Shown here piece by piece: positions 8,333 through 16,458 of a stretch of 24,000 nt of DNA (its first letter is position 1; each line of letters starts with the position of its first letter). The translations under genes were made by a program, and so were the position numbers. The DNA comes from Tepidanaerobacter syntrophicus (GTDB lineage Bacteria; Bacillota; Thermosediminibacteria; Thermosediminibacterales; Tepidanaerobacteraceae), in NCBI RefSeq assembly GCF_001485475.2, contig NZ_DF977002.1, positions 132,426 through 156,425 on the forward strand, written 5' to 3'. Under the pieces are notes generated by a model that was given only the letters and a program-made list of their open reading frames with translations, searched no databases and was not told the origin of the DNA.

Positions 8333-9066
8333 CATAAGATCCACTTTCTTTCTATATTTCTATGGCAGAGGTGAAATAGCAGCAGGACAAAGATCAGCAG
8401 GGCTAGGATATCCAGGAGGATATTGAAAGCAGGGGGCCCTATGATAGCGCCTTTGAGCATGTCGGTTCCATAGGTCAGCGGCAGGCAAAAGGAGATAAGT
8501 CTTAACGGGGCAGGAAGTTGGCTGATTGGTATAAACAGTCCGCATAAAAACAGCATGGGAAACCTGAAGAAGTTGGAAAAGGTCTGTGCCTCGAAAACTT
8601 CCTTTGCCGATACGGCAATAAATAGGCCTATTAAGGCAGAAGTAGCCGCAATGAGAAAAATCGCAGCAAGTACTGCTGCCCAGTTTATTTTGCTCAAATC
8701 TATAAAGAAAGCTGCAAAAACAGCCGGCACAAAGGCATTAACTATCCCGAATATTACTGCGCCGGATAATTTCGCAAGAACCATCATGTTAAGACTTATT
8801 GGAGCAAGGAGCAGTCTGTCAAAGGAGCGTCCTTTTTTCTCAAAGGTAATCGTAACAGCCAGCATCGAGGTTGTTCCAAACAGCACGCTCATTGCCATTA
8901 GTCCCGGCAGCAGTTCTATGATTTCCACATGTTCAGGTGAGCGGAGAAGCTGCATTAGCGTCCAAGAAACAGGAAAGATGATTCCCCAGCTGATGTTAGG
9001 CGGTTTTAAATAATAGTTTCTAACATCTTTTTTTAAAATATTCCAAAATGCAATCCATGTTTTCAT
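8332..9066 (-). CDS. ABC-2 type transporter permease
   Basis: 244 aa, about six hydrophobic helices, typical size and pattern for ABC-2 exporters. One nucleotide separates it from the upstream ATPase gene. Confidence 0.85.
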   Translation of the reverse strand: MKTWIAFWNILKKDVRNYYLKPPNISWGIIFPVSWTLMQLLRSPEHVEIIELLPGLMAMSVLFGTTSMLAVTITFEKKGRSFDRLLLAPISLNMMVLAKLSGAVIFGIVNAFVPAVFAAFFIDLSKINWAAVLAAIFLIAATSALIGLFIAVSAKEVFEAQTFSNFFRFPMLFLCGLFIPISQLPAPLRLISFCLPLTYGTDMLKGAIIGPPAFNILLDILALLIFVLLLFHLCHRNIERKWIL

Positions 9067-9067
9067 T

Positions 9068-10033
9068 TTATTTTCCTACCCTCTCTTTTTCTTTTTTTAG
9101 CATAGGAGCTTCGATTCCTGTTACGCTGACAAATACATCTTCAAGAGATGGCTTTATCTCTATTGCTTCATAAACCGATACTCCCTTACTGTCTAAAATC
9201 CGAAGGATAGGATATAGGGCTATGCGCTCCTTTGAAATAATAATGCAGGAGTTTTCTTCTTGTATTTTGAGCTTGCAGTTCTCTAAGCTGCTTTCGATTT
9301 CATCCTTTATATCTTCAATACTTTTATCGAGCACAAGTTTCATTTTGTGTTCATGCTGCGCATTTTCCAAAAGCTCTTTCACGGTGCCCACTTTTACAAT
9401 CCTTCCATTTGCAATAAAGGCAACCCTGTCGCATACACGCTGAGCCTCTTCAATATAGTGGGTGGTAAGAAATATTGTCTTGCCCTGCTCTTTTAAGCTC
9501 ACTATGAGCCTTCTTATCTGTCGAGCGCTTTCCACATCTATGCCCGTAGTCGGCTCATCTAAAAACAGAATCTTAGGATCGTGTATAATCCCTGCAGCGA
9601 TTGTAAGCTTGCGTCGCATCCCTTTGGAATATGCTTTAAATGGACGTTTTCCCGCACCGACTAAATTAAACTCTTCCAGTAATGCTCGCGCCCTTTTTTC
9701 CCGCTCATTTTTCCCTATTCCATATAAAGAGGCACAAAAACAAAGATTTTCGAAGCCGTCCATCTCATCATATAAATTATTCTCATCAGGAACCACTCCT
9801 ATAATCCCTTGAACCTTTTTAACCTCCCTTACGGCATCAATACCATAAATTACAATATCACCGTCGGTAGGTCTTGCAAGTCCGATCATCATGTTGATAG
9901 TTGTAGTCTTGCCCGCTCCGTTGGGTCCTAGAAAGCCAAATATTTCCCCTTCATCTATCTCAAAGGAAATATCATTTACCGCGCAAACTTCTCCAAACAT
10001 CTTTTTAAGATTCGTGACAGTTATGATTGGCAT
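9068..10033 (-). CDS. ABC transporter ATP-binding protein (DrrA/ABC-2 type)
   Basis: Walker A GPNGAGKTT, signature-like YSKGMRRKL, Walker B ILFLDEPTTGID and H-loop TTHYIEE. Carries a C-terminal extension of about 100 aa, as in ABC-2 ATPases. Confidence 0.93.
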   Translation of the reverse strand: MPIITVTNLKKMFGEVCAVNDISFEIDEGEIFGFLGPNGAGKTTTINMMIGLARPTDGDIVIYGIDAVREVKKVQGIIGVVPDENNLYDEMDGFENLCFCASLYGIGKNEREKRARALLEEFNLVGAGKRPFKAYSKGMRRKLTIAAGIIHDPKILFLDEPTTGIDVESARQIRRLIVSLKEQGKTIFLTTHYIEEAQRVCDRVAFIANGRIVKVGTVKELLENAQHEHKMKLVLDKSIEDIKDEIESSLENCKLKIQEENSCIIISKERIALYPILRILDSKGVSVYEAIEIKPSLEDVFVSVTGIEAPMLKKEKERVGK

Positions 10034-10442
10034 CTTGTTTTCCGCCTTCTTTTTTACTGCTGCCGTGGCAGAAAAACCGAACCTTCTCGGAGCACTCCTG
10101 CCCGGTTTTTTGCATATGGCATTGTTGTTTTTCGTTGTGATTGCAGTCTTCTTTTTCTTTAAAATTGCAGGGCTTGCGCTGGATGTCCGCTAACTCTTCA
10201 ATTTTTGATGCAAGCTTATACAGAACATCTCGATTTACATCATAGTGCATATAATAGCCTCGCCTTTCGCCTTCGAGCAGGCCTGCCTCTTTTAACACTT
10301 TTAAATGCTGAGATACAGCAGCTTCCGAAATCCCCAGTTCATCAGCCAAAGTTCTCACACAGTAATTATGCTCTAATAAAATCTCAATAATTTTAAATCT
10401 CGTATCATCGCCCAAAGCCTTTAGTATAACTAACATATCCAT
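10005..10442 (-). CDS. ArsR/SmtB-family transcriptional regulator with a Cys/His-rich C-terminal tail
   Basis: N-terminal wHTH (LGDDTRFKIIEILLEHNYCVRTLADELGISEAAVSQHLKVLKEAGLL..ERRGYYMHY). The last ~55 aa contain six Cys and six His (DCNHN, QCHMQ, FCHGS, NCHES). RBS GGAAGGTGG lies 6 nt upstream. The 3' end overlaps the ATPase gene by 29 nt. Confidence 0.85.
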   Translation of the reverse strand: MDMLVILKALGDDTRFKIIEILLEHNYCVRTLADELGISEAAVSQHLKVLKEAGLLEGERRGYYMHYDVNRDVLYKLASKIEELADIQRKPCNFKEKEDCNHNEKQQCHMQKTGQECSEKVRFFCHGSSKKEGGKQDANHNCHES

Positions 10443-10463
10443 AAACTGCCACCTTCCAATTTT

Positions 10464-10483
10464 AATTAAATATTTACTTAATT
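10464..10483. promoter_or_regulatory. Imperfect 20-bp palindrome, possible ArsR operator
   Basis: AATTAAATAT|TTACTTAATT has 8 of 10 positions symmetric. It covers the predicted +1 region of the arsR promoter. A second dyad, ATTAAG-n6-CTTAAT (10504-10521), overlaps the -35. AT-rich sequence makes chance palindromes likely. Confidence 0.3.
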
Positions 10484-10485
10484 CA

Positions 10486-10513
10486 ATTGTAGCACGGTTT
10501 TTGATTAAGTCAA
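10486..10513 (-). promoter_or_regulatory. Candidate sigma-A promoter of the arsR-ABC operon
   Basis: Minus strand reads TTGACT (10508-10513), 16 nt including TGc, TACAAT (10486-10491), giving an extended -10 TGcTACAAT. Confidence 0.5.
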
Positions 10514-10672
10514 TGCTTAATTAGTCTATGAGGATTGATTTTTATACTAAATACTAAATTACCACTTACCTGGCAATTTCAGATTTGAAAAATCCAGTAA
10601 ACACATGATAAGTTTAAAATACAGACAGATTTACAACATAAATTACAAATATTTGCTAAGAAGGAGGAAAAT

Positions 10673-10972
10673 ATGACAAAAGAAGAAGTACAGCTCTTGG
10701 CTTTTAAAATCATTGCAAATGCCGGCGAAGCATTAGACTGCTTTTATAATGCTGTTTTGCTGTATAAAGGAAGCAATGAGGACGAGGCTTTGAAAAAACT
10801 AAATCGCGGTAAAGAAATTTTAAATGAGGTGCATAATTTACAAACGGAACTGATACAAGCTGAAGCAAACAATGAAGAAGTGCCATATTCCTTAATAATG
10901 ACACATGCTCAAGACCACTTAAACAGTGCTATAAATTGGGAACGCATGGCAAGTCTATTATTGAAAAATTAA
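10673..10972 (+). CDS. PTS EIIA component, lactose/cellobiose family
   Basis: 99 aa helical protein with the family's MTHAQDHL histidine motif. Perfect RBS AAGGAGG 7 nt upstream. Confidence 0.85.
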   Translation: MTKEEVQLLAFKIIANAGEALDCFYNAVLLYKGSNEDEALKKLNRGKEILNEVHNLQTELIQAEANNEEVPYSLIMTHAQDHLNSAINWERMASLLLKN

Positions 10973-12342
10973 TGGGGGGCTTGATTCACGTGAATAATTT
11001 TTTAGACAAATTCTCTTCTGTAGTAGAAAAGTATCTGTCTCCAATCACCGGAAAGGTTGCTCAAAATAAGTATCTACAAATAATTGCAACTTCATTTATG
11101 ACAATCCTTCCAATAATTTTGATAGGTTCATTTTCTCTAATATTATCAAGGCCTTTTCTTGATTATAATATGCTGGAACCAAACAGTGTTTTATACGGCT
11201 TTTTTAAGGCATGGGCACAGTTTTCTGAGGTATATGGTCCTCATTTGAGTTTCTTATTCGGTATAACATTAGGAAGCCAAGCCTTATACTTGAGTTTAGC
11301 AATAGCTTATAACACAGCGTTAAAAAATGATATGAACACATTTCTTACAATGCTTGTCGCGTTTATATCATTTCTATTGATTAATAGCCAGTATGTGCAG
11401 TGGAATTGGGATACCAGCTATTTTGGAGGAACAGGATTGTTTTCTGCCATTATTACTACGTTTGTTTCAGTAGAGCTGTATCATTGGTTTGTAAAGAAAA
11501 AACTCGGGTATATTAACTTTCCGGATACAGTGCCTGCATCATTGAGGAATTCCCTTGGAAACTTGGTTCCAATAACCCTTATATTTATAATAATGCTGTT
11601 GGGAAGAATACTGCTAGCTGAAGGTTTTAACACTTCTTTCCCTGAAATAATGATGGCAATAGGCAAGCCGCTAAACCTTGCAGTAGATACTATTTGGGGA
11701 ATCTCGCTATCTTCAACGTTTGCACAAATTGGGTGGTGGTTTGGTATTCACAGTAGTGCTATACTATCAGTTGTAATGCCGTCACTTGAGGCAAACACAC
11801 TGGAAAATGCAGCGGCGTATGCTGCGGGTGCATCGTTAAAGCAGCTGCCCAGAATAGTAACTTCACCTTTTTATTTTAATTTTGTTGCAATCGGAGGCGG
11901 AGGCGCTACTTTAGGTTTGGTGTTTTTAATGCTAAGAAGCAAGTCTAAGCAAATACAAACTATAGGCAAGCTTGCTATTGTTCCTGGAATTTTTGGAATA
12001 AACGAGCCGGTTCTCTTTGGTCTACCTATTGTTTTAAACCCTATTTTCCTTATTCCTTTTCTTTTGGCTCAAATTGTAAATATCATTTTATGCTATGTTC
12101 CTATGAGTATGGGATTAATAAATAGGACATTCGTAAATGTAAGTTCTACAGTTCCTGTAGGACTTGGGCAGTTGTTATCAAGTCTTGATTATAAATCACT
12201 GATTTTAACAGTAGTGTGTATTATAGCTGATGTAATAGTGTACTATCCCTTTTTTAAAGTTTATGAAAAACAAAAGCTGCAGGAAGAAGCAAATACGTCA
12301 AATTTAGAAGACGTAGATCTAGAAGAAATAGAAGTTTTATAA
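10972..12342 (+). CDS. PTS EIIC permease, lactose/cellobiose family
   Basis: Polytopic membrane protein with GGGGATLGL and VPGIFGINEPVLFGLPIVLNPIF motifs. ATG 10972 overlaps the EIIA stop (TAATG). GTG 10990 is an alternative start. The 10936 start in the ORF track lies inside EIIA and is unlikely. Confidence 0.9.
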   Translation: MGGLIHVNNFLDKFSSVVEKYLSPITGKVAQNKYLQIIATSFMTILPIILIGSFSLILSRPFLDYNMLEPNSVLYGFFKAWAQFSEVYGPHLSFLFGITLGSQALYLSLAIAYNTALKNDMNTFLTMLVAFISFLLINSQYVQWNWDTSYFGGTGLFSAIITTFVSVELYHWFVKKKLGYINFPDTVPASLRNSLGNLVPITLIFIIMLLGRILLAEGFNTSFPEIMMAIGKPLNLAVDTIWGISLSSTFAQIGWWFGIHSSAILSVVMPSLEANTLENAAAYAAGASLKQLPRIVTSPFYFNFVAIGGGGATLGLVFLMLRSKSKQIQTIGKLAIVPGIFGINEPVLFGLPIVLNPIFLIPFLLAQIVNIILCYVPMSMGLINRTFVNVSSTVPVGLGQLLSSLDYKSLILTVVCIIADVIVYYPFFKVYEKQKLQEEANTSNLEDVDLEEIEVL

Positions 12343-12382
12343 CTTATGCGTGTAACGTTGAAATTTGCAAGGAGGAAAAAAC

Positions 12383-12715
12383 ATGGATGTTTTGTTAGTT
12401 TGTCAGGCAGGTATGAGCACAACAATTATGTGTAAAAAAATACAAGAAGCAGCAGCAAAGATAAACGATCACATAAACATAGTTGCTGCAGGTTTGGAAT
12501 CAATTCCAAAAAGTGCTGAAAATAAGGATATTGTGTTGCTTGCGCCTCAAGTTAAGTATGCAGCCCAAAATATAAGAAAAGAAGTTGACCCGGCTATTCC
12601 AATTATGATAATCAGCCCGGAAGATTATGGGCTAATGAAAGGGGATGCAGTTTACAAAAAGATGAAAAAGGTGCTTGAGTCTAAAGCCGGTGAAAAGGGG
12701 CAAACACAGAAATGA
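12383..12715 (+). CDS. PTS EIIB component, lactose/cellobiose family
   Basis: MDVLLVCQAGMSTT active-site Cys motif. GGAGG at 12371-12375 supports ATG 12383 over TTG 12365. Confidence 0.9.
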   Translation: MDVLLVCQAGMSTTIMCKKIQEAAAKINDHINIVAAGLESIPKSAENKDIVLLAPQVKYAAQNIRKEVDPAIPIMIISPEDYGLMKGDAVYKKMKKVLESKAGEKGQTQK

Positions 12716-14190
12716 AAGTCTTAGCAGGGCATTTTAATTCAGAATCAAATGAACATGCATATCAAAAAATGGGTTTTGAGAATTTTATTTTTAAGTATGG
12801 CGAAGACTCTATAGATGCAATGGGGATAAGAGATATTTTTGAGAACAATAACATAGAAATAATCCCTAGTATTTATGCAAATGGTCATCCAGGCGGTTTA
12901 GTTACAAAAGATGCTTTTGATTTTATTCTGACGCGAATTTTGCATACTTTAAAGAAAAACCTAAGTGAAATTGATGGTATATTTCTTTATCTGCATGGCG
13001 CAAGTAAAGTAGAAGATTTGGAAGGGGATTCCGGAGAGCATAAAATATTAGAAGAAATTAGAAAAATTACCGGTCCGTATCTTCCAATCGCTGTAGTCAT
13101 GGATCCTCACGGCAATCTATCAGAGCAATTTATTGCTAATACAACAATTGTGAGATGCTACAGGCATTCGCCTCATACAGATATACTGGAAACCCACAGA
13201 AAAGTTGCAAAATTATTTGTAGATCTTTTAAAAAATAAAAGGTATCTAACGCCAGTTTATAGAAAGGTCCCTATTATCATTGGCGGCGAGAAATCTGTAT
13301 CAACAGATGAGCCTATGGTATCTATTAATAAATACCTGGATGAAGTGGAAAAGGACGAAAGAATATTATCGGCTTCATTTCATATAGGATACCTTAGGCA
13401 TGATGGGGACAAATTAGGCTGCTCTGTTGTAGTCGTTCCTTGCGATGAAAAACATAAGGAATACGCAAATGAAACTGCTGATAAAATCTATGACTTCGTT
13501 CTTGCGCGGCGATATCAATTTCACTATCATGGAATTGTAGATGAACCTGATAAAGCACTTGAAAGGGCTATTAACCATCAAGGAAGACCGGTATTTCTAA
13601 CCGACTCCGGCGATAATTGCGGAGCAGGGGCAGACGGTTACAGTAATTATGTTTTGCGACAGTGTCTTGATTTAAAAGACTACAACAATAAAACAATTCT
13701 TATAGCTGGAATAGTAGACCAACAAATATATCCTGTCTTATTGAAAAAAGATGTTGGCGAGAAAGTAGAGCTTGATTTGGGAATGGGTTTAGATAAACAA
13801 TCCACAAAGGTTCATATTAAAGGAACGGTTATTTCCAGGGGAGTTGTAGGCAAAGATTACATTAAGCGACCTGATATAGGCTCTGCTATTACTATAAAAT
13901 TAGACAACTACCCAATCAGCGTAATCGTGCTTGGTGAATCTGTAAGTTATACAGAACTGGAGCAATTCAAGTACTCAAATGTAGACATTTTGCAATATGA
14001 TGTAATCGTGGTAAAACAGGGATATATTTCTCCGGATTTTCAGGCAATAAGCCCATTTTGCATAATGTCTCTGACAGATGGACCGACAAACCAGCGAACT
14101 GAAAAATTAGTATTCAAGCGTATTAAACGCCCCATGTTCCCATATGATAATATAGATTATAGGATTGAAGAAAGTAATGTAAATTCGTGA
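12712..14190 (+). CDS. M81 family (MlrC-like) metallopeptidase
   Basis: 492 aa. The pattern LYLHGASKVEDLEGDSGEHKILEEIR...PIAVVMDPHGNLS...CYRHSPHTD...TDSGDNCGAGADG matches my recollection of DUF1485 plus MlrC_C proteins. The start overlaps the EIIB stop (ATGA 12712-12715). Confidence 0.7.
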   Translation: MKVLAGHFNSESNEHAYQKMGFENFIFKYGEDSIDAMGIRDIFENNNIEIIPSIYANGHPGGLVTKDAFDFILTRILHTLKKNLSEIDGIFLYLHGASKVEDLEGDSGEHKILEEIRKITGPYLPIAVVMDPHGNLSEQFIANTTIVRCYRHSPHTDILETHRKVAKLFVDLLKNKRYLTPVYRKVPIIIGGEKSVSTDEPMVSINKYLDEVEKDERILSASFHIGYLRHDGDKLGCSVVVVPCDEKHKEYANETADKIYDFVLARRYQFHYHGIVDEPDKALERAINHQGRPVFLTDSGDNCGAGADGYSNYVLRQCLDLKDYNNKTILIAGIVDQQIYPVLLKKDVGEKVELDLGMGLDKQSTKVHIKGTVISRGVVGKDYIKRPDIGSAITIKLDNYPISVIVLGESVSYTELEQFKYSNVDILQYDVIVVKQGYISPDFQAISPFCIMSLTDGPTNQRTEKLVFKRIKRPMFPYDNIDYRIEESNVNS

Positions 14191-14201
14191 GGAAGATTCA
14201 A

Positions 14202-16070
14202 ATGACTCTTACGGAAAGAGAAAAGAATCTATTGATTCTGTTATTGCAGCATGAAAGGTTGATATGCTCAGTTATTGCAGATCTTTTACAGGTATCTGAA
14301 AAAACTGTCAGAAATGATATTAAGAAAATCAACGCAAATTTTGGCAAGAAGCTTGTTCTTTCGTCTAGGAATGGATATTTTATAAATCCCGAGTACCGCA
14401 GTTTGCTTACAGAAGAGGTTGCAGTCCTTCCTTTTCAAAAAGAGAAAAACTTAAAGGAGATACTTCACTACTTATTTATAAACAATGGCTCTCTTTTTGA
14501 TGATGTAGCAGATAAATTTTATATCTCCTCGTCAACTCTCCAACAGCGGCTAACTGATATAAATGATATGATTAAAAGTTATTCTGTGAAATTTATTAGA
14601 AAAGATGCAAAAATATTTATCGAGGGCAGCGAGAAAGACAGACAACGGCTTCTTGCAATGTTAATCCAAGAGGAAATAAACAACAACTTCGACACAATTA
14701 ATGACCTGGAAAAGTTTTTCCCGAATATTGATGTTACATCCTTCAGGAGAGAAGTCTATCACATCATCGAAGAGGCAAATTACTATGTACCGGAATTTTA
14801 CGAGTCCAATTTATTAATTAATTTACTATCCATATTCACTTTCGACGCTAATTATCAAAATCAAAAATCTTATACCGGCAAATTAAGCAAAGATATAGAA
14901 AAGATTGCTTATAATATTGCTGACAAATTTGGCAGAAAAGACCTTCAAACTCCTATTCAAAACTCGTTGACAGGCGTTATAAAACGAAAAAAACTGTTGG
15001 CTTCTTATGATAATTTAGACGAAAAGTTTGTAAACAAGATTAAAGATATTATTTTGGATGTATTTGAAAGAAATAAGCTTAAAGTTGATTTAAAACAATT
15101 TATAAATGTTTTTTCTCTTCATATATATCAACTAATCTTGCGCTGCAGGCAGGATAAGTACATTCCTCCCCAAGCTATGTTGTCTATAAAAGATAGTTGT
15201 TTTTTTATATATGATATAGCAGTGCAAATTGCTGATAAATTATCTTCTGTCTTTCAAATTGCAATACCTGAATTTGAAATTTCTCTAATCGCGATTCATA
15301 TAGGCTTTGCAATAGAAGAGGCTACAAAACCCAAAGCAGAAAATTTGCATCTAAATATAGCCGTCTTTTTTGAAAATTATACCGTCATCGAAGAGAACTT
15401 TTTAAAAAATATAAACAAGCTAATCCCTCGCCATTCTAATTGCTTCATAGTGCGCAACGCAAAAGAACTATATGAATTAAAAAACTTTGATCTTCTCATC
15501 ACTACAAAAAATATCGATGAGCTTCTTCCATACACTATATGCAAAATAAGCCCTTTTATAAATGAAAACGACATTGCGAAAATAAAAGAGGCAATGAGTA
15601 AAATTATCAAAGAAAAAGAATTCGGCCACTTGACCGAGATGCTCTCTTATTATTTTAGTTCCGATCTCTTCCTCTACACTACTAAGATAAAAAATAGAGA
15701 AGAAGCTTTTAAGGTTATGACAAAAATTATGAAGGAAAAGGGCATAATCGATGAAAGGTTCATAACTTCATTGTATGAAAGAGAGGCGCTTTCATCTACA
15801 GGTTTTATGAATAGCTTTGCCCTCCCTCACTCCTTAGAATACAATGCAGTTTGTTCTAAAATATTCGCATTAGTAAATCCGGAATCCATAAAATGGGGAG
15901 ATGCTCAAGTAAAAATTGTATTTTTGATAGCAATAAGCAGGAAAGATAGGGAAAAAGTAAAACCGCTCTTTGATTTTTTAACTGATATTATGATTGACGA
16001 GCAAAAAATTTATAATTTAAGTAAAGCAATGAACTTTGAAAATTTTATGCAGATCTTGCTGACAAAATAA
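14202..16070 (+). CDS. PRD-domain transcriptional activator (LicR/MtlR-like: HTH, Mga-like HTH, PRD, degenerate EIIB-like, EIIA-2)
   Basis: N-terminal wHTH (LLQVSEKTVRNDIKKIN), PRD histidines (FSLHIYQLILR, LIAIHIGFAIEE) and C-terminal Mtl/Fru-type EIIA with FALPHS. ATG 14202 has GAGGAAG 6 nt upstream. GTG 14187 would overlap the peptidase stop. Confidence 0.85.
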   Translation: MTLTEREKNLLILLLQHERLICSVIADLLQVSEKTVRNDIKKINANFGKKLVLSSRNGYFINPEYRSLLTEEVAVLPFQKEKNLKEILHYLFINNGSLFDDVADKFYISSSTLQQRLTDINDMIKSYSVKFIRKDAKIFIEGSEKDRQRLLAMLIQEEINNNFDTINDLEKFFPNIDVTSFRREVYHIIEEANYYVPEFYESNLLINLLSIFTFDANYQNQKSYTGKLSKDIEKIAYNIADKFGRKDLQTPIQNSLTGVIKRKKLLASYDNLDEKFVNKIKDIILDVFERNKLKVDLKQFINVFSLHIYQLILRCRQDKYIPPQAMLSIKDSCFFIYDIAVQIADKLSSVFQIAIPEFEISLIAIHIGFAIEEATKPKAENLHLNIAVFFENYTVIEENFLKNINKLIPRHSNCFIVRNAKELYELKNFDLLITTKNIDELLPYTICKISPFINENDIAKIKEAMSKIIKEKEFGHLTEMLSYYFSSDLFLYTTKIKNREEAFKVMTKIMKEKGIIDERFITSLYEREALSSTGFMNSFALPHSLEYNAVCSKIFALVNPESIKWGDAQVKIVFLIAISRKDREKVKPLFDFLTDIMIDEQKIYNLSKAMNFENFMQILLTK

Positions 16071-16076
16071 AGGTAC

Positions 16077-16116
16077 AAATAAAAAATAAGGGAATTAAGT
16101 CTTCCCTTATTTTTTA
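16077..16116. terminator. Bidirectional rho-independent terminator shared by the two convergent PTS operons
   Basis: AATAAGGGAA (16085-16094), 7-nt loop, TTCCCTTATT (16102-16111). An A-run lies upstream and a T-run downstream, so a U-tract follows the stem on either strand. It overlaps the last codons of the minus-strand EIIA gene. Confidence 0.6.
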
Positions 16117-16427
16117 TCATCTCCCAGATACTTTTTATGAACTAATAACATCTCATTCGTAATATCTCTTAACAGTTCTGTCGACATCATTTGGTCTTCG
16201 GCATGCATCAATAAAAGAGATAACTCAATTGGCTCTTGGGTTTCCTGCTGCAGCAACTTTGCATGTATTTCATGGGCTTTTAATAGGCTTTCGTCTGCAT
16301 TTTCAATAAGTTTTTCTGCCGCTTTAAAGTCTTCATCCCTGGCAGCTTTTAAAGCTTTAAACAGAAATGATTTCGCATCTCCAACATTACTTATTATTTG
16401 AAAATTTAATAATTCCATACCTTCCAT
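16107..16427 (-). CDS. PTS EIIA component, lactose/cellobiose family
   Basis: 106 aa helical protein with the LLMHAEDQMM histidine motif. Paralog of 10673-10972. Confidence 0.85.
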   Translation of the reverse strand: MEGMELLNFQIISNVGDAKSFLFKALKAARDEDFKAAEKLIENADESLLKAHEIHAKLLQQETQEPIELSLLLMHAEDQMMSTELLRDITNEMLLVHKKYLGDDKK

Positions 16428-16458
16428 ATATCCACCGTCTTTCTATATCTGTTTTAAA

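Noticed and set aside
10544-10557. Tandem atactaa-atactaa, plus a general check for CRISPR-like or longer tandem repeats.
   Set aside because: There are only two copies of a 7-mer in AT-rich spacer DNA. No repeat-spacer periodicity occurs anywhere in the window.
10520-10672. A RAT/terminator antitermination structure or a cre (CcpA) box upstream of the PTS operons. The 23254-23456 region was also checked.
   Set aside because: Both regulators carry DNA-binding HTH domains, so they are LicR/MtlR-type activators rather than BglG-type RNA binders. No leader terminator hairpin is present, and no match to the TGNAANCGNTNNCA-type cre pattern was found around the few CG dinucleotides.
10936-10971. 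Upstream-extended starts from the ORF track for EIIC-1 (10936), EIIB-1 (12365), regulator 1 (14187), the Ntn hydrolase (17445) and the nuclease-like gene (4801).
   Set aside because: In each case a downstream in-frame start has a properly spaced GGAGG-like RBS, and the extension overlaps the preceding gene or the RBS itself. These were kept only as alternatives.
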